Below, piece after piece: positions 9,809-19,026 of a DNA stretch of 64,000 bases. A model generated the notes under the pieces. That model did not search any database. It was not told where the DNA came from and worked only from the letters and a program-made list of their open reading frames with translations. Position 1 is the stretch's first letter, and the number at the start of each line of letters is the position of its first letter. Source of the DNA: an uncultured Actinomycetota bacterium (lineage in GTDB: Bacteria > Actinomycetota > Acidimicrobiia > Acidimicrobiales > Palsa-688); the NCBI GenBank assembly GCA_963737075.1, contig CAVTRI010000004.1, forward strand, positions 65,695 to 129,694. The letters are read 5' to 3'. Position numbers and translations under genes: made by a program.

Positions 9809-10909
9809 ACGCCTGATCCTGTGATGCTGAGAGCCGGTCTGCGAAGCACCGAAGTCCGCTACGATCCCCGGCGGATGGCAAATCCCCCCTTACACGGATT
9901 AACGTTGGATCGTTCCCCGGGGCTATCGGAACAGAATCGATATCGAGGCCATGCGCCCTGGCCGTCCGATACCGGTCGGAACCAACAGAGGCGGCCCACG
10001 GGTGCTCCGGCGGGCGTTCGGCTTCTGGATGGGCACCGCCCTACCCATCGGCATGCAATTCCAGGCCGGTGAGGCTTGCCCATAGCTCTGCCTCCTGTTG
10101 AACGTGATATCCGAATTCGAAGGCTACCCCGGGACCGCGGCGGCGGCCGTGGTCCGGGCGTCGCGGGCCGGCAAGGCTACAATATGTTCTCTTGGGCAGA
10201 GCCGCCCGACCCGGGCGTCGATGTAAAAGTGGCGAGACGGCGGCCCGGCAAGGCTGCCGAGTCCCGACCGGCGGTGTCTGCGTCCAAGCTTGGCTGGCTC
10301 TTCTCGGACGGTCCCAATTCGACGATTCCCGACGAGTCGCGGAGAGCTTGGGAGTCTATATTTCGGTGAGCTCACTGACCGTGCCTTCCGGCTGGCGAAG
10401 TGATGACGCCAGTAAGGACGATGCCGGTGCGGGGACCGAGACACGGCTCGTCGTCATCGTCTCACCTGAACTCATATCGGCCACCCAGGGGTGTCTAGCC
10501 TGCGGGCGGTCACCTCGAAGCGGTGTCGTCCGGGCGCTGTTCGAGCATGCCGGCTCTGACCAGGTCCAACAACGTGGCCGTCGTGTGCCCGGTGAAGCGA
10601 GCGACCTCCGCAAGGGCACGGTAGGCACTGGGGTCCGGCGCTTCTTCTTGTCTCGTCCGCGGATTTGCTCGACGATCAACAGCACGATCGCGCAACCGGT
10701 TGCGACTCTTTACATGGCTCGGACGACATCGGGCCCGGGAGGCTTGGGGGGCGCGCTGACTGACGACATTGCGCTGCTGTGCGGTTCGGGCGCCGAACCG
10801 CGGCCAGCGGGCAGGCTCGACCGTGTTAACCGCCTCCACGAATGCGTAGAGTCGAGGTTGATACCGCCGTTCTTGCAAGCAGGCATTTCGGCATCGCGAA
10901 GGAGCATCG

Positions 10910-11860
10910 ATGGCCGACAGGAGAGTCAAGCGGATGGCGCAGCTGATCGAGCCCCTCCGTGTCACCCCCGGCTCGAAGGTGACCCTTCCCCAGGACTACG
11001 ATCCGACGAGCAAGGCAGGGTGGCTCAAGAAGAAGGAGGGCGAGGAGCATCTGCGGCTCAGCGTGCAGCTGCTCGCCGAGTACCAGGACCGGCTCGCCGC
11101 GCAGGACACCTACGGCGTCCTGGTGGTGCTCCAGGCGCTCGACGCCGCTGGCAAAGATGGGACCATTCGTCACGTGATGAGCGGTCTAAACCCTCAGGGC
11201 GTCGCTGTTCACAGCTTCAAAGCGCCCTCGGCCGAGGAGCCCGGCCACGACTTCCTGTGGCGCTGCGCGGTGCGGCTGCCGGCGCGAGGAAAGATCGGCA
11301 TCTTCAACCGGTCCCACTACGAGGAGGTTCTCGTGGTCCGGGTCCATCCAGACATGCTGGAGGCCCAGAGACTTCCCCCGCGGGCGAAGGGCGGGCACCT
11401 CTGGGAGCGCCGCTATCGCGAGATCAACGACTGGGAGCGGTATCTCGTCGACAATGGCTTTCGGATCGTCAAGCTGTTCCTCAACCTCTCTCGGGAGGAG
11501 CAGCGGAGGCGATTTCTGAAGCGCATCGACCTCCCCGAGAAGAACTGGAAGTTCTCAGCCAGCGATGTCAATGAGCGCACACATTGGGATGACTACCAAC
11601 GCGCATACTCGGAGATACTCACGCACACCAGTACGGACTGGGCCCCATGGCACGTGATCCCCGCCGATCACAAGTGGTTCGCGCGCCTAGCGGCGGGGGC
11701 TGTAATCGCGTACACAATGATCGACATCGACCCCAAATACCCACTCGTGGATCCCAAAGCGAAGCGGGCGCTCCGGCAGGCCAGAGCTCAACTTGAGGCC
11801 GAAGCGCCGGTCGGTGCCGCTCCCGACCCCTTCAAACAGGAACACAGCCGAACGAGGTAG
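10910..11860 (+). CDS. ppk2: polyphosphate kinase 2 (PPK2) family protein
   Basis: 316 aa with GAAGGAG upstream. Reads ...YGVLVVLQALDAAGKDGTIRHVMSGLNPQGVAVHSFKAPSAEE..HDFLWR....LPARGKIGIFNRSHYEEVLVVRVH. Confidence 0.85.
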   Translation: MADRRVKRMAQLIEPLRVTPGSKVTLPQDYDPTSKAGWLKKKEGEEHLRLSVQLLAEYQDRLAAQDTYGVLVVLQALDAAGKDGTIRHVMSGLNPQGVAVHSFKAPSAEEPGHDFLWRCAVRLPARGKIGIFNRSHYEEVLVVRVHPDMLEAQRLPPRAKGGHLWERRYREINDWERYLVDNGFRIVKLFLNLSREEQRRRFLKRIDLPEKNWKFSASDVNERTHWDDYQRAYSEILTHTSTDWAPWHVIPADHKWFARLAAGAVIAYTMIDIDPKYPLVDPKAKRALRQARAQLEAEAPVGAAPDPFKQEHSRTR

Positions 11861-11958
11861 GAGGCGTACCGGTTCTCGCTCAGTTGCGGCGCGACTTCTT
11901 GGCGAGCTCCCGCGACGAACCTTGACCACCGGGATCGCGTGCGGGCCATACTGGGGGG

Positions 11959-12771
11959 GTGTCCGCCCTCACGGCAGGCGATCTTGCCGCGGTGCTGCTT
12001 CCCCTGACCCAGAATCCGGCGCGAGGGGCAGTGCTGTGCGACATCGACGGGACGCTTGCTCCGATCGTCGAGCGGCCCGAGGACGCCACCGTGCCTAAGC
12101 ATGTGACGGAGATTTTGGGCGCTCTGGCCCGACGCTACGCCTGCGTCGCCTGTGTAACCGGCCGGCCCGCGGAGGAGGCGCAGCGTCTGGTCGGTCAGCT
12201 GGGCATCTACTACGCGGGATTGCACGGCGCCGAGTTGCTTGCGCCGGACCAAAGACGTCCGCACCTGGTCGCGGCGTTCAAGGACTGGGAGACGCGCGGC
12301 CAGCGGTTCAGCGTTGCGCATGCTACGAAGGAGTTGCGGTCGCTCGGAGTACGGTTCGAAGACAAGGGACCGATTGCTGCCTTCCACTGGCGTGGCGCGC
12401 CCGACGAGGACGCGGCGCTGGCTGCTCTCCACGGCGTCGCCTGCGAGGCGGAAAGCGCCGGGTTCGCTGCGTTTTGGGGGCGCAAGGTGCTCGAAGTACG
12501 GCCGCCAGTGCCGATCAACAAGGGGCAGGCGGTGCGCGAGCTGGTCGGGAAGGCCGACGCGAAGCTGGCGCTGTATGGCGGGGATGACACGACCGACCTG
12601 GACGCCTTCGACGCGCTCGACGCGCTCATGGCGGAGCGCCAGCTCGATACGGCGGTGCGCGTCGGCGTCCTCTCCCACGAAGGGCCGCCGGAGCTTGTCC
12701 AGCGCGCGGATGTGGTGGTCGACGACGTGGCGGGCTTCGCCCGGGTGCTCGGCAGCCTCCTACCGGGGTGA
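11959..12771 (+). CDS. otsB: trehalose-phosphatase (HAD-IIB)
   Basis: 270 aa. Contains AVLCDIDGTLAPIV (the DxDGT motif), VTGRPAEEA and LYGGDDTTDLDAF. Confidence 0.8.
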   Translation: MSALTAGDLAAVLLPLTQNPARGAVLCDIDGTLAPIVERPEDATVPKHVTEILGALARRYACVACVTGRPAEEAQRLVGQLGIYYAGLHGAELLAPDQRRPHLVAAFKDWETRGQRFSVAHATKELRSLGVRFEDKGPIAAFHWRGAPDEDAALAALHGVACEAESAGFAAFWGRKVLEVRPPVPINKGQAVRELVGKADAKLALYGGDDTTDLDAFDALDALMAERQLDTAVRVGVLSHEGPPELVQRADVVVDDVAGFARVLGSLLPG

Positions 12772-12862
12772 GGTTTCGCATCGGTTGACATCGCCGCGAC
12801 CCGCTGCGATGCTTGGCAGGGTTCGTCGATCGGCAACGCGGCTCGACGCAGAGAGGGATGCG

Positions 12863-15295
12863 ATGGACGCATTCGCGCTCACCTACGAAGGCTTTGACCC
12901 TGCTCAGGAGGGGCTTCGTGAGGCACTCACGTCGACCGGCAACGGATACCTGTGCACCCGCGGCGCCGCGGAGTGGGAGGACGCTGACGGCACCCACTAT
13001 CCGGGCACCTACGCGCACGGGGTCTACAACCGCGAGACGACGATCTTCGGCGGGTTGCCGGTACTCAACGAGGATCTCGTCAATCTTCCCAACTGGCTAG
13101 TGCTCAAGCTGCGCATTGAGGGCGAGGATGCGATCAGGCTTGCCGACGTGGAGCTGCTCGCCTATAGCCATCGGTTTGATATCCGTAATGCGACGGTCAT
13201 CAGGGAGCTACGTTTCCGCGATCGAAATTCGCGCGAGACGACGCTGCAAAGCCGGCGGTTCGTCAGTATGGCCGATGTCCATTACGCCGGGCTTGAGTGG
13301 ACGCTGACGGCGGACAATTGGTCCGGGCGCGTGGAGGTCGTCTCCGCGATCGACGGACGGGTGACCAATGCCGGCGTGGCTCGCTACCAGCAGCTGGAGG
13401 GCCGACATCTCGATCCGGTCTCGCCGAGGACGTTCGGTCCGGAGGTGATCGCGCTGAAGGTGCAGACTCGACAGTCGAATCTGTATATCAGCCATGCGGC
13501 GCGCAGCCAGGTGTTTCAGGGAACCCAGCCGATGGCTGTCGAGCGCAGTCTGTACCAGACCGAGGACTATATCCAGCAGGTGCTGGCGTTCGAGGTCCAG
13601 CAGGGAGCGCCGGTCCGGGTCGAGAAGATGATCGCCTTTTTCACCTCGCGTGACCCGGCCACAAGCGACACGCTGACCAAGGCGGGCGCATCGGCTAGAC
13701 GCGGTACGAACTTCGCTGACGCATTGGGACGCCATCGGTCGGCCTGGGAAGAGCTGTGGCGTGTGTCTGACGTGTACTCCACCGGAAGCGAAGAGGTGCA
13801 GCACCTGCTGCGGCTGCATACCTGCCACCTGTTGCAGGTATGCTCGCGTCACACCGCCGACATAGACGCGGGTGTCCCCGCCCGCGGGCTGAACGGCGAG
13901 GCCTACCGGGGGCACGTCTTTTGGGACGAGCTGTACGTGTATCCGTTCATCAACTACCGCATGCCGGAGGTCACGAGGGGACTGCTGATGTACCGCTACC
14001 GCCGGCTGGACGAGGCGCGTGCCGCGGCCCGGGAGGCAGGCTTCCACGGCGCCATGTTCCCCTGGCAGAGCGGCAGCGAAGGCACCGAGGAGACCCAAAC
14101 AGTCCACCTCAACCCACTGTCGGGCCACTGGGAACCTGACCTCAGCCGCAATCAGCGGCACGTCAACGCCGCGATCTTCTACAACGTGTGGCATTACTTC
14201 CAGGCGACCCAGGACCTGGCGTTCCTGCGCGACCAGGGCGCCGAGATCATGCTTGAGATCGCGCGCTTCTGGTCGTCGATCGCCCACTTCAATCCCGAGC
14301 GCCGGCGCTACGAGATCCACGGGGTGATGGGCCCCGACGAGTTCCACGAGAGGTACCCGGACGCCAAGGCGGGCGGCCTTCGCAACAACGCCTACACCAA
14401 CGTGATGGTGGCGTGGCTTTGCGAACTCGCCCGGAACGTCCTCTCGCTGCTGCCCGAAGGCCGCGCGGAGGCGCTGCGGGACAGTCTCCGCTTGGGCGAC
14501 GAGGAGTTGCGCACCTGGGAGGACATGAGTCGTCGGATGTTCGTGCCCTTCCACGACGCCGGCATCATCAGCCAGTTCGAGGGCTACGAGGCGCTCAAGG
14601 ACCTCGACTGGGACGCCTACCGCGCCAAGTACCGCAACATCCAGCGGCTCGACCGGATCCTGCGGGCCGAGGGCGATGATCCCAACCGCTACAAGATCGC
14701 CAAGCAGGCGGACACGGTGATGCTGTTCTACCTGTTCTCGCCGGAGGAGCTGCGGCGACTGTTCGCCCAGCTCGGCTATGACTACGGCCCCCACACCGCA
14801 CGCGACAGCGTCATCTACTACGACCGGCGCACCTCGCACGGCTCGACGCTCAGCTTCGTCACCTACGCCGGGGTACTGGCTGCGCTGGACCCCGAGAGCT
14901 CCTGGGAGCGGTTCCTGGTCGCCCTCAAAAGCGACGTCGGCGACATCCAGGGCGGGACAACCAAGGAGGGTATCCACATGGGCGTGATGGCAGGCACGCT
15001 CGACCTCGTGCAGCGCTGCTACATGGGCACGCACGTCCGCGACGACATCCTGCATTTCGATCCTCGGCTGCCGGCCCAGATCGAAAGCCTGTCCTTCTCG
15101 ATGCAGTTCCAACGGACCCCGCTCCTCGTGACCCTCGCCGACCACAACCGCCTGACGCTGATCGCCCACCCGGAGGGAGTCAACAGGCCGATCAGGGTCG
15201 GGGTGGGCGACCAGGTTCGCGAACTCTGCCCGGGGGAGCAGGTCACCTTCGAGCTGCAGCCGTCCCCCGGCGCGAAGCAGCAGGTCCACGGCTGA
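12863..15295 (+). CDS. glycoside hydrolase family 65 alpha-glucoside phosphorylase (trehalose / trehalose-6-P / maltose / kojibiose phosphorylase type)
   Basis: Reads MDAFALTYEGFDPAQEGLREALTSTGNGYLCTRGAAEW..., ARGLNGEAYRGHVFWDELYVYPF and MFPWQSGSEGTEETQ. The start was chosen at ATG 12863 (AGAGAGGGA upstream), with ATG 12809 as an alternative. The track ORF starting at 12239 overlaps otsB and is an over-extension. Confidence 0.85.
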   Translation: MDAFALTYEGFDPAQEGLREALTSTGNGYLCTRGAAEWEDADGTHYPGTYAHGVYNRETTIFGGLPVLNEDLVNLPNWLVLKLRIEGEDAIRLADVELLAYSHRFDIRNATVIRELRFRDRNSRETTLQSRRFVSMADVHYAGLEWTLTADNWSGRVEVVSAIDGRVTNAGVARYQQLEGRHLDPVSPRTFGPEVIALKVQTRQSNLYISHAARSQVFQGTQPMAVERSLYQTEDYIQQVLAFEVQQGAPVRVEKMIAFFTSRDPATSDTLTKAGASARRGTNFADALGRHRSAWEELWRVSDVYSTGSEEVQHLLRLHTCHLLQVCSRHTADIDAGVPARGLNGEAYRGHVFWDELYVYPFINYRMPEVTRGLLMYRYRRLDEARAAAREAGFHGAMFPWQSGSEGTEETQTVHLNPLSGHWEPDLSRNQRHVNAAIFYNVWHYFQATQDLAFLRDQGAEIMLEIARFWSSIAHFNPERRRYEIHGVMGPDEFHERYPDAKAGGLRNNAYTNVMVAWLCELARNVLSLLPEGRAEALRDSLRLGDEELRTWEDMSRRMFVPFHDAGIISQFEGYEALKDLDWDAYRAKYRNIQRLDRILRAEGDDPNRYKIAKQADTVMLFYLFSPEELRRLFAQLGYDYGPHTARDSVIYYDRRTSHGSTLSFVTYAGVLAALDPESSWERFLVALKSDVGDIQGGTTKEGIHMGVMAGTLDLVQRCYMGTHVRDDILHFDPRLPAQIESLSFSMQFQRTPLLVTLADHNRLTLIAHPEGVNRPIRVGVGDQVRELCPGEQVTFELQPSPGAKQQVHG

Positions 15296-15306
15296 GAGGA
15301 AGAGGC

Positions 15307-16101
15307 ATGCCGGCCAGGTTTCAAGGAGCTATCTTCGACGTCGACGGCGTGCTCGTCGACTCACCCCACCAGAAGGCATGGCGCGAGTCGCTCCGTCAGC
15401 TGATGGAGACCGACTGGAGCGACATTCGCGACCACACCACCTGGACGCCGAAGGCGTTCACGCCCCGGGTCTACGAGGAACAGATGTCCGGCAAGCCCCG
15501 CATGGACGGCGCCCGCTCGGCGCTGGAGTACTTCCATGTGCCTGATGACGACGACCATCGGCTGGCCCAGTACGCGGAGCGCAAGCAGGCCATGCTGGTC
15601 AAGCTGATCGAGGCCGGCGACTTCACCGCCTACCCCGATGCCCTGCGGTTCATCATCGCCGTCAAGGACGCCGGGATCCGTGTCGCTGCCGCCTCCTCCT
15701 CCAAGAACGCGAAGCTGTTCCTGCAGAAGATCAGGCTCGACAGCTTCGCCCAGGAACAAGGGATCCGCTCGGAGACGGTGCACCCGGGGCTGACGCTGCT
15801 CGACTTCTTCGACGCCGATTTGTCCGGCCGCGACTTCGCGCATGGAAAGCCCCACCCGGACATGTTCCTCGCCGCGGCGCGCGAGCTCCGAGTCGCACCC
15901 CAGCACTCGATAGTGCTGGAGGACGCCGAGGCCGGCGTGCAGGCCGCCAAGGCCGGCGACATGGCAGCGATCGGCATCGCCCGCGTCGACGACGCCGAGC
16001 TCCTGGCCGCGGCCCACGCCGACATCGTGGTCACGAACCTCGACGACGTCGACCTCGACGCACTAGCAGAAGGGCGTCTGGCCACGAAGGCCGCAACGTG
16101 A
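15307..16101 (+). CDS. pgmB: beta-phosphoglucomutase-like HAD hydrolase
   Basis: 264 aa. Contains AIFDVDGVLVDSPHQKAW, VAAASSSKNA, GKPHPDMFLAAA and VLEDAEAGVQAAKAGDM. It follows the GH65 gene by 11 nt, as in known GH65/beta-PGM pairs. Confidence 0.8.
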   Translation: MPARFQGAIFDVDGVLVDSPHQKAWRESLRQLMETDWSDIRDHTTWTPKAFTPRVYEEQMSGKPRMDGARSALEYFHVPDDDDHRLAQYAERKQAMLVKLIEAGDFTAYPDALRFIIAVKDAGIRVAAASSSKNAKLFLQKIRLDSFAQEQGIRSETVHPGLTLLDFFDADLSGRDFAHGKPHPDMFLAAARELRVAPQHSIVLEDAEAGVQAAKAGDMAAIGIARVDDAELLAAAHADIVVTNLDDVDLDALAEGRLATKAAT

Positions 16102-16347
16102 CGCGGTACCGATGTGACGTCCCGGTCCGTGGACGACATTTGTACCAGGAACTCAAGGCTTCGAATGCTCGGGTGGCTGAGCGCCGTCAGGGGAGGGCTA
16201 TTCGAGCGCGCGCTCGGCGGTCGGCCCACGCCTGAGCCCCGACCGTCTTGGGGGGCCCAGGGCGTCGGCGGCCTGCGCGATGTCGTCGTGCTCGGACGCC
16301 CGGGCCGCTCCAGGTCGCCGCGCACCTGGTGTTCAGCGGCGTGATCA

Positions 16348-17298
16348 TTAGCCGGCGCGGAGGACTTCGGCGACGGCCTTCACGGCCTGCCGCTGCTCCT
16401 CCGTGATGTGATCGGGAACGGTCAGGCGGATCCCGACGAGGAGGTCGCCCGTTTCGTTGTCGGTACGTACCCCGCGGCCGCGGACCCTGAGGGTGCGCCC
16501 GTGCGGGGTACCGGCCGGCACCCGCACCCGGACGGGCGACCCGCCGAGGGTCGGTACGTCGATCTCCGTGCCGAGGACGGCCTCGGGCCAGCTGATCGGC
16601 GCCTCGACCGTCAGGTCGAGGCCGCTGCGTCCGAAGATGTGGTGGGCGGCCACCCGCACGACGGCGTACAGATCCCCGGGCAGCCCGCCGTTGACTCCTG
16701 GGCCACCCTTGCCCGGTAGGCGGATCCTTTGGCCGTCGTGCACGCCGGGGGGCACGCGCACCTTGAAGGTGTGTGAACCGTCCGGTCCGTTGAGGGTCAC
16801 CTCGGTCGTCAGTCCGCGGACAGCGTCCTTGAAGCCCAGGTCGAGGACCGCCTCGAGATCATGGCCCCGCGACGGCGTCACAGGCCGGCGGGCCGCCCGG
16901 CCCATGACGTTGCTCAGGAGGTCGTCGAGGCTGCCGGGGTCGAAGGTCGTCCACGTAGAGCCGTCGAAGGTCGTCCACGCCTGCCCGTCATCGCCGGCGA
17001 CATCACCGCGCTCGAACCAGGTCCACGTCCTCCCGTCACGATCCGACAGGTCGGCTCCGGCTACGGCGCGCCGAAACTCGTCGTACTCGGCGCGCTTGGT
17101 TGCGTCGCCGAGGACGTCATAGGCGGCCGTCACGTCCTTGAAGCGCTCCACGGCATCGGGATCGTCCGGGTGGGTGTCAGGATGCAGTTCCCGGGCCAGC
17201 TTGCGGTAGGCGCGGCTAATTGTCCTGCTGTCTGCGTCCTCCGCGACGCCCAGCACTGCATAGAGATCCCTCTCCAGCCAATCGGCCTGTATGGCCAC
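16348..17298 (-). CDS. J-domain co-chaperone, CbpA/DnaJ class II-like (no zinc-finger domain)
   Basis: GTG 17298-17296 preceded by GGAGGAGG. J domain RDLYAVLGVAEDADSRTISRAYRKLARELHPDT. DnaJ C-terminal beta domains (GHDLEAVLDLGFKDAVRG..., LRVRGRGV). No CxxCxGxG repeats. Confidence 0.8.
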   Translation of the reverse strand: MAIQADWLERDLYAVLGVAEDADSRTISRAYRKLARELHPDTHPDDPDAVERFKDVTAAYDVLGDATKRAEYDEFRRAVAGADLSDRDGRTWTWFERGDVAGDDGQAWTTFDGSTWTTFDPGSLDDLLSNVMGRAARRPVTPSRGHDLEAVLDLGFKDAVRGLTTEVTLNGPDGSHTFKVRVPPGVHDGQRIRLPGKGGPGVNGGLPGDLYAVVRVAAHHIFGRSGLDLTVEAPISWPEAVLGTEIDVPTLGGSPVRVRVPAGTPHGRTLRVRGRGVRTDNETGDLLVGIRLTVPDHITEEQRQAVKAVAEVLRAG

Positions 17299-17315
17299 GC
17301 GTGCAACCTCCTCCA

Positions 17316-17344
17316 ATTTCAAAACCTGAGTCTGTTGTTGTCAA
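17316..17344 (-). promoter_or_regulatory. candidate promoter of the J-domain gene (-35 TTGACA, 17 nt, -10 TGAAAT)
   Basis: Read on the minus strand in a locally AT-rich stretch. The predicted start site would fall within the RBS, so this is uncertain. Confidence 0.25.
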
Positions 17345-17472
17345 CTTCTGAGAGGCGCCTAGAATTCCCGATTAGGTGGTCAGGTGAAGGGCAGTGCGTG
17401 CACCTCCGGCACCTCGTCGCGCGGGCTGTGATCGCGGGCGAGCACCGGTTGGCTGGTCACACCCGAGCCTCG

Positions 17473-17826
17473 CTACCAGACCTCCAGCCCGGAGTGGACC
17501 AGCGCCCGGATTACTAGCGCCGCGCTTCCAGCCCGGAGGCTTCGTTCGTCATCGAGGATAACGATGAGCTTCGCCTGCTCTGTCCCAGGACCCATCTCCT
17601 CAAGCCTGCCGGCCGGGGTCGTTAGCATTGTGGAGTTTTGGCGCCGCGATCCGTTCGTACTCGTGGATGAGGCCGCCGAGCACGTCGTGACGAACGATGT
17701 GACCGGTGCTCCTGCCAGGCGACGAGTGATCGACCCGGCCGGAAACACCGAGCCGAAGTCCGCGGTGGGGCCTGTGCTGGTTGTAGTGCCGCACGTGCTG
17801 AGCGAGGATCCGCTCGAGCAGGACAA
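17473..17826 (-). pseudogene. C-terminal remnant of an rve (integrase-core) transposase
   Basis: ORF 17600-17794 reads HVRHYNQHRPHRGLRLGV...RHDVLGGLIHEYERIA, the typical tail of DDE integrase-type transposases. There is no catalytic core upstream, and adjacent frames are broken. Confidence 0.6.
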
Positions 17827-18714
17827 TCAGCGTTCAGCGCGGCTCGGAAGCTTCAGCTCATACACGGCGGCGAGATCGTCATCGGCGTGGCTGTTCTCGA
17901 CGTCGCCGATCCGCTCGAGGACGGCGTCGAGCAGGGGCAGCTCGACGCCCGAGTTGCTCGCAACCTCCCTGACGAGCTTGAGATCTTTGAGCGCGAGCCG
18001 CACGGGAAAGCCAGCCGGGTACTGGTGGCGTTGCATCTCGCCGAGCTTCTCGACACCGTAGGAGGAGCCCAGCGGTCCGCCATCGAGCAGGGTGACAAAC
18101 TGTTGCTCCTCAAGCCCCATCAATTTGCACAGGTGCATCGTCTCGGCGAGTGCAGCCACCATCGCGATCATCCAATGGTTGGCCGCCAACTTCAGGCGCG
18201 AGCCCATACCAGCCTCCCCCACCCACTGGACCCTCGAGCCGAGTGCAGCGAACACCGGCTCGATCTGCCCGCGAGCCGAGTGTGGCCCCGAGGCGAGGAT
18301 CGTCAGTTGGCCTTCCTCCGCTGGATGGGTGCTTCCCGAGACCGGCGCATCGAAAACGGTCACACCATGAGCGGTGGCGACTTTCACGAGTCGATCTGCC
18401 TCGGCCGCCCCGACGCTGCTCATCTGCAGCCAAATCGTCTCCTCAGGCCACTCATCGAGCAACGGCTCGACGACTGCGAGGACCACCTCGGCCGTCGGCA
18501 GCATCGTGATCACCGCCTGGGCGCCCCCCACCACCTCACCCGCCGTGCCGGCAACCGCGGCGCCGCGTTCGGCGAGGGGCTGCACGTGATCGCGTTCACG
18601 GTCCCAAGCGATCACCGCCACACCCTCGTTCAAAAGGCGATGAGCCATCGCCGTTCCCATCAGGCCGGTCCCAAGCAATCCGACCCGACTATCGGTTGCA
18701 CCGCTCATCTCCAT
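17827..18714 (-). CDS. NAD(P)-dependent beta-hydroxyacid dehydrogenase (HIBADH / 6-phosphogluconate-dehydrogenase NAD-binding family)
   Basis: 295 aa. Contains VGLLGTGLMGTAMAHRL (Rossmann motif), DAPVSGSTHPAEEGQLTILASG and LKLAANHWMIAMVAALAE. Confidence 0.75.
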   Translation of the reverse strand: MEMSGATDSRVGLLGTGLMGTAMAHRLLNEGVAVIAWDRERDHVQPLAERGAAVAGTAGEVVGGAQAVITMLPTAEVVLAVVEPLLDEWPEETIWLQMSSVGAAEADRLVKVATAHGVTVFDAPVSGSTHPAEEGQLTILASGPHSARGQIEPVFAALGSRVQWVGEAGMGSRLKLAANHWMIAMVAALAETMHLCKLMGLEEQQFVTLLDGGPLGSSYGVEKLGEMQRHQYPAGFPVRLALKDLKLVREVASNSGVELPLLDAVLERIGDVENSHADDDLAAVYELKLPSRAER

Positions 18715-19026
18715 CTCCTCGTTCTCCGGCCACCGGCGCCGGATGGGGTCGCGTCATCATGCACAGCATGCAACTGGCCGACCAGGCGCGCTCAATCACT
18801 GCGCCCGTTGACCGCCGAGCTGCTGGCCATCGTCGCATAACGAGGGTTGCCGCGGCGCCAAGTCCGGCCTGTCACCGATCGCGCACGCCCACAGCCGTCG
18901 AAACGACAGGATTGGTGGTGCCGCGTGGCCGACACAGGTGTCGACCGAACGTGCGTGAGCCCTGGCGGCACCTCGAGCCGGGGACACGCACGGGCCCATA
19001 CCGAATGGTCCGCAATGCGCAGTTGT

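Noticed and set aside
9809-9835. TPP-riboswitch-like words (CCTGATC... and CTGAGA) upstream of the M20 gene.
   Set aside because: The order of the two elements is reversed relative to the THI-box on either strand, and the rest of the consensus is absent.
13208-15289. Very long antisense or overlapping ORFs in the six-frame track. Examples are 693 aa opposite the GH65 gene, 8272-9651, 10192-11574, 38595-39806, 41217-42518 and 54689-upstream extensions.
   Set aside because: These are typical high-GC shadow ORFs. They are low-complexity Arg/Pro/Gly/Ala-rich translations with no family motifs, and each overlaps a strand or frame that carries clear conserved motifs.
16102-16347. Possible cbpM/hspR-like remnant downstream of the J-domain gene (..RGDLE.. 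/ ..ASEHDDIAQAADAL..).
   Set aside because: The similarity is only a few residues spread across two frames, with no start codon. It is too weak to call.
17326-17352. Possible HspR-associated inverted repeat (HAIR) upstream of the J-domain gene (CTGAGT...ACTTCTGAG).
   Set aside because: Only one half-site resembles CTTGAGT. The second arm is not its reverse complement, and the spacing does not fit.
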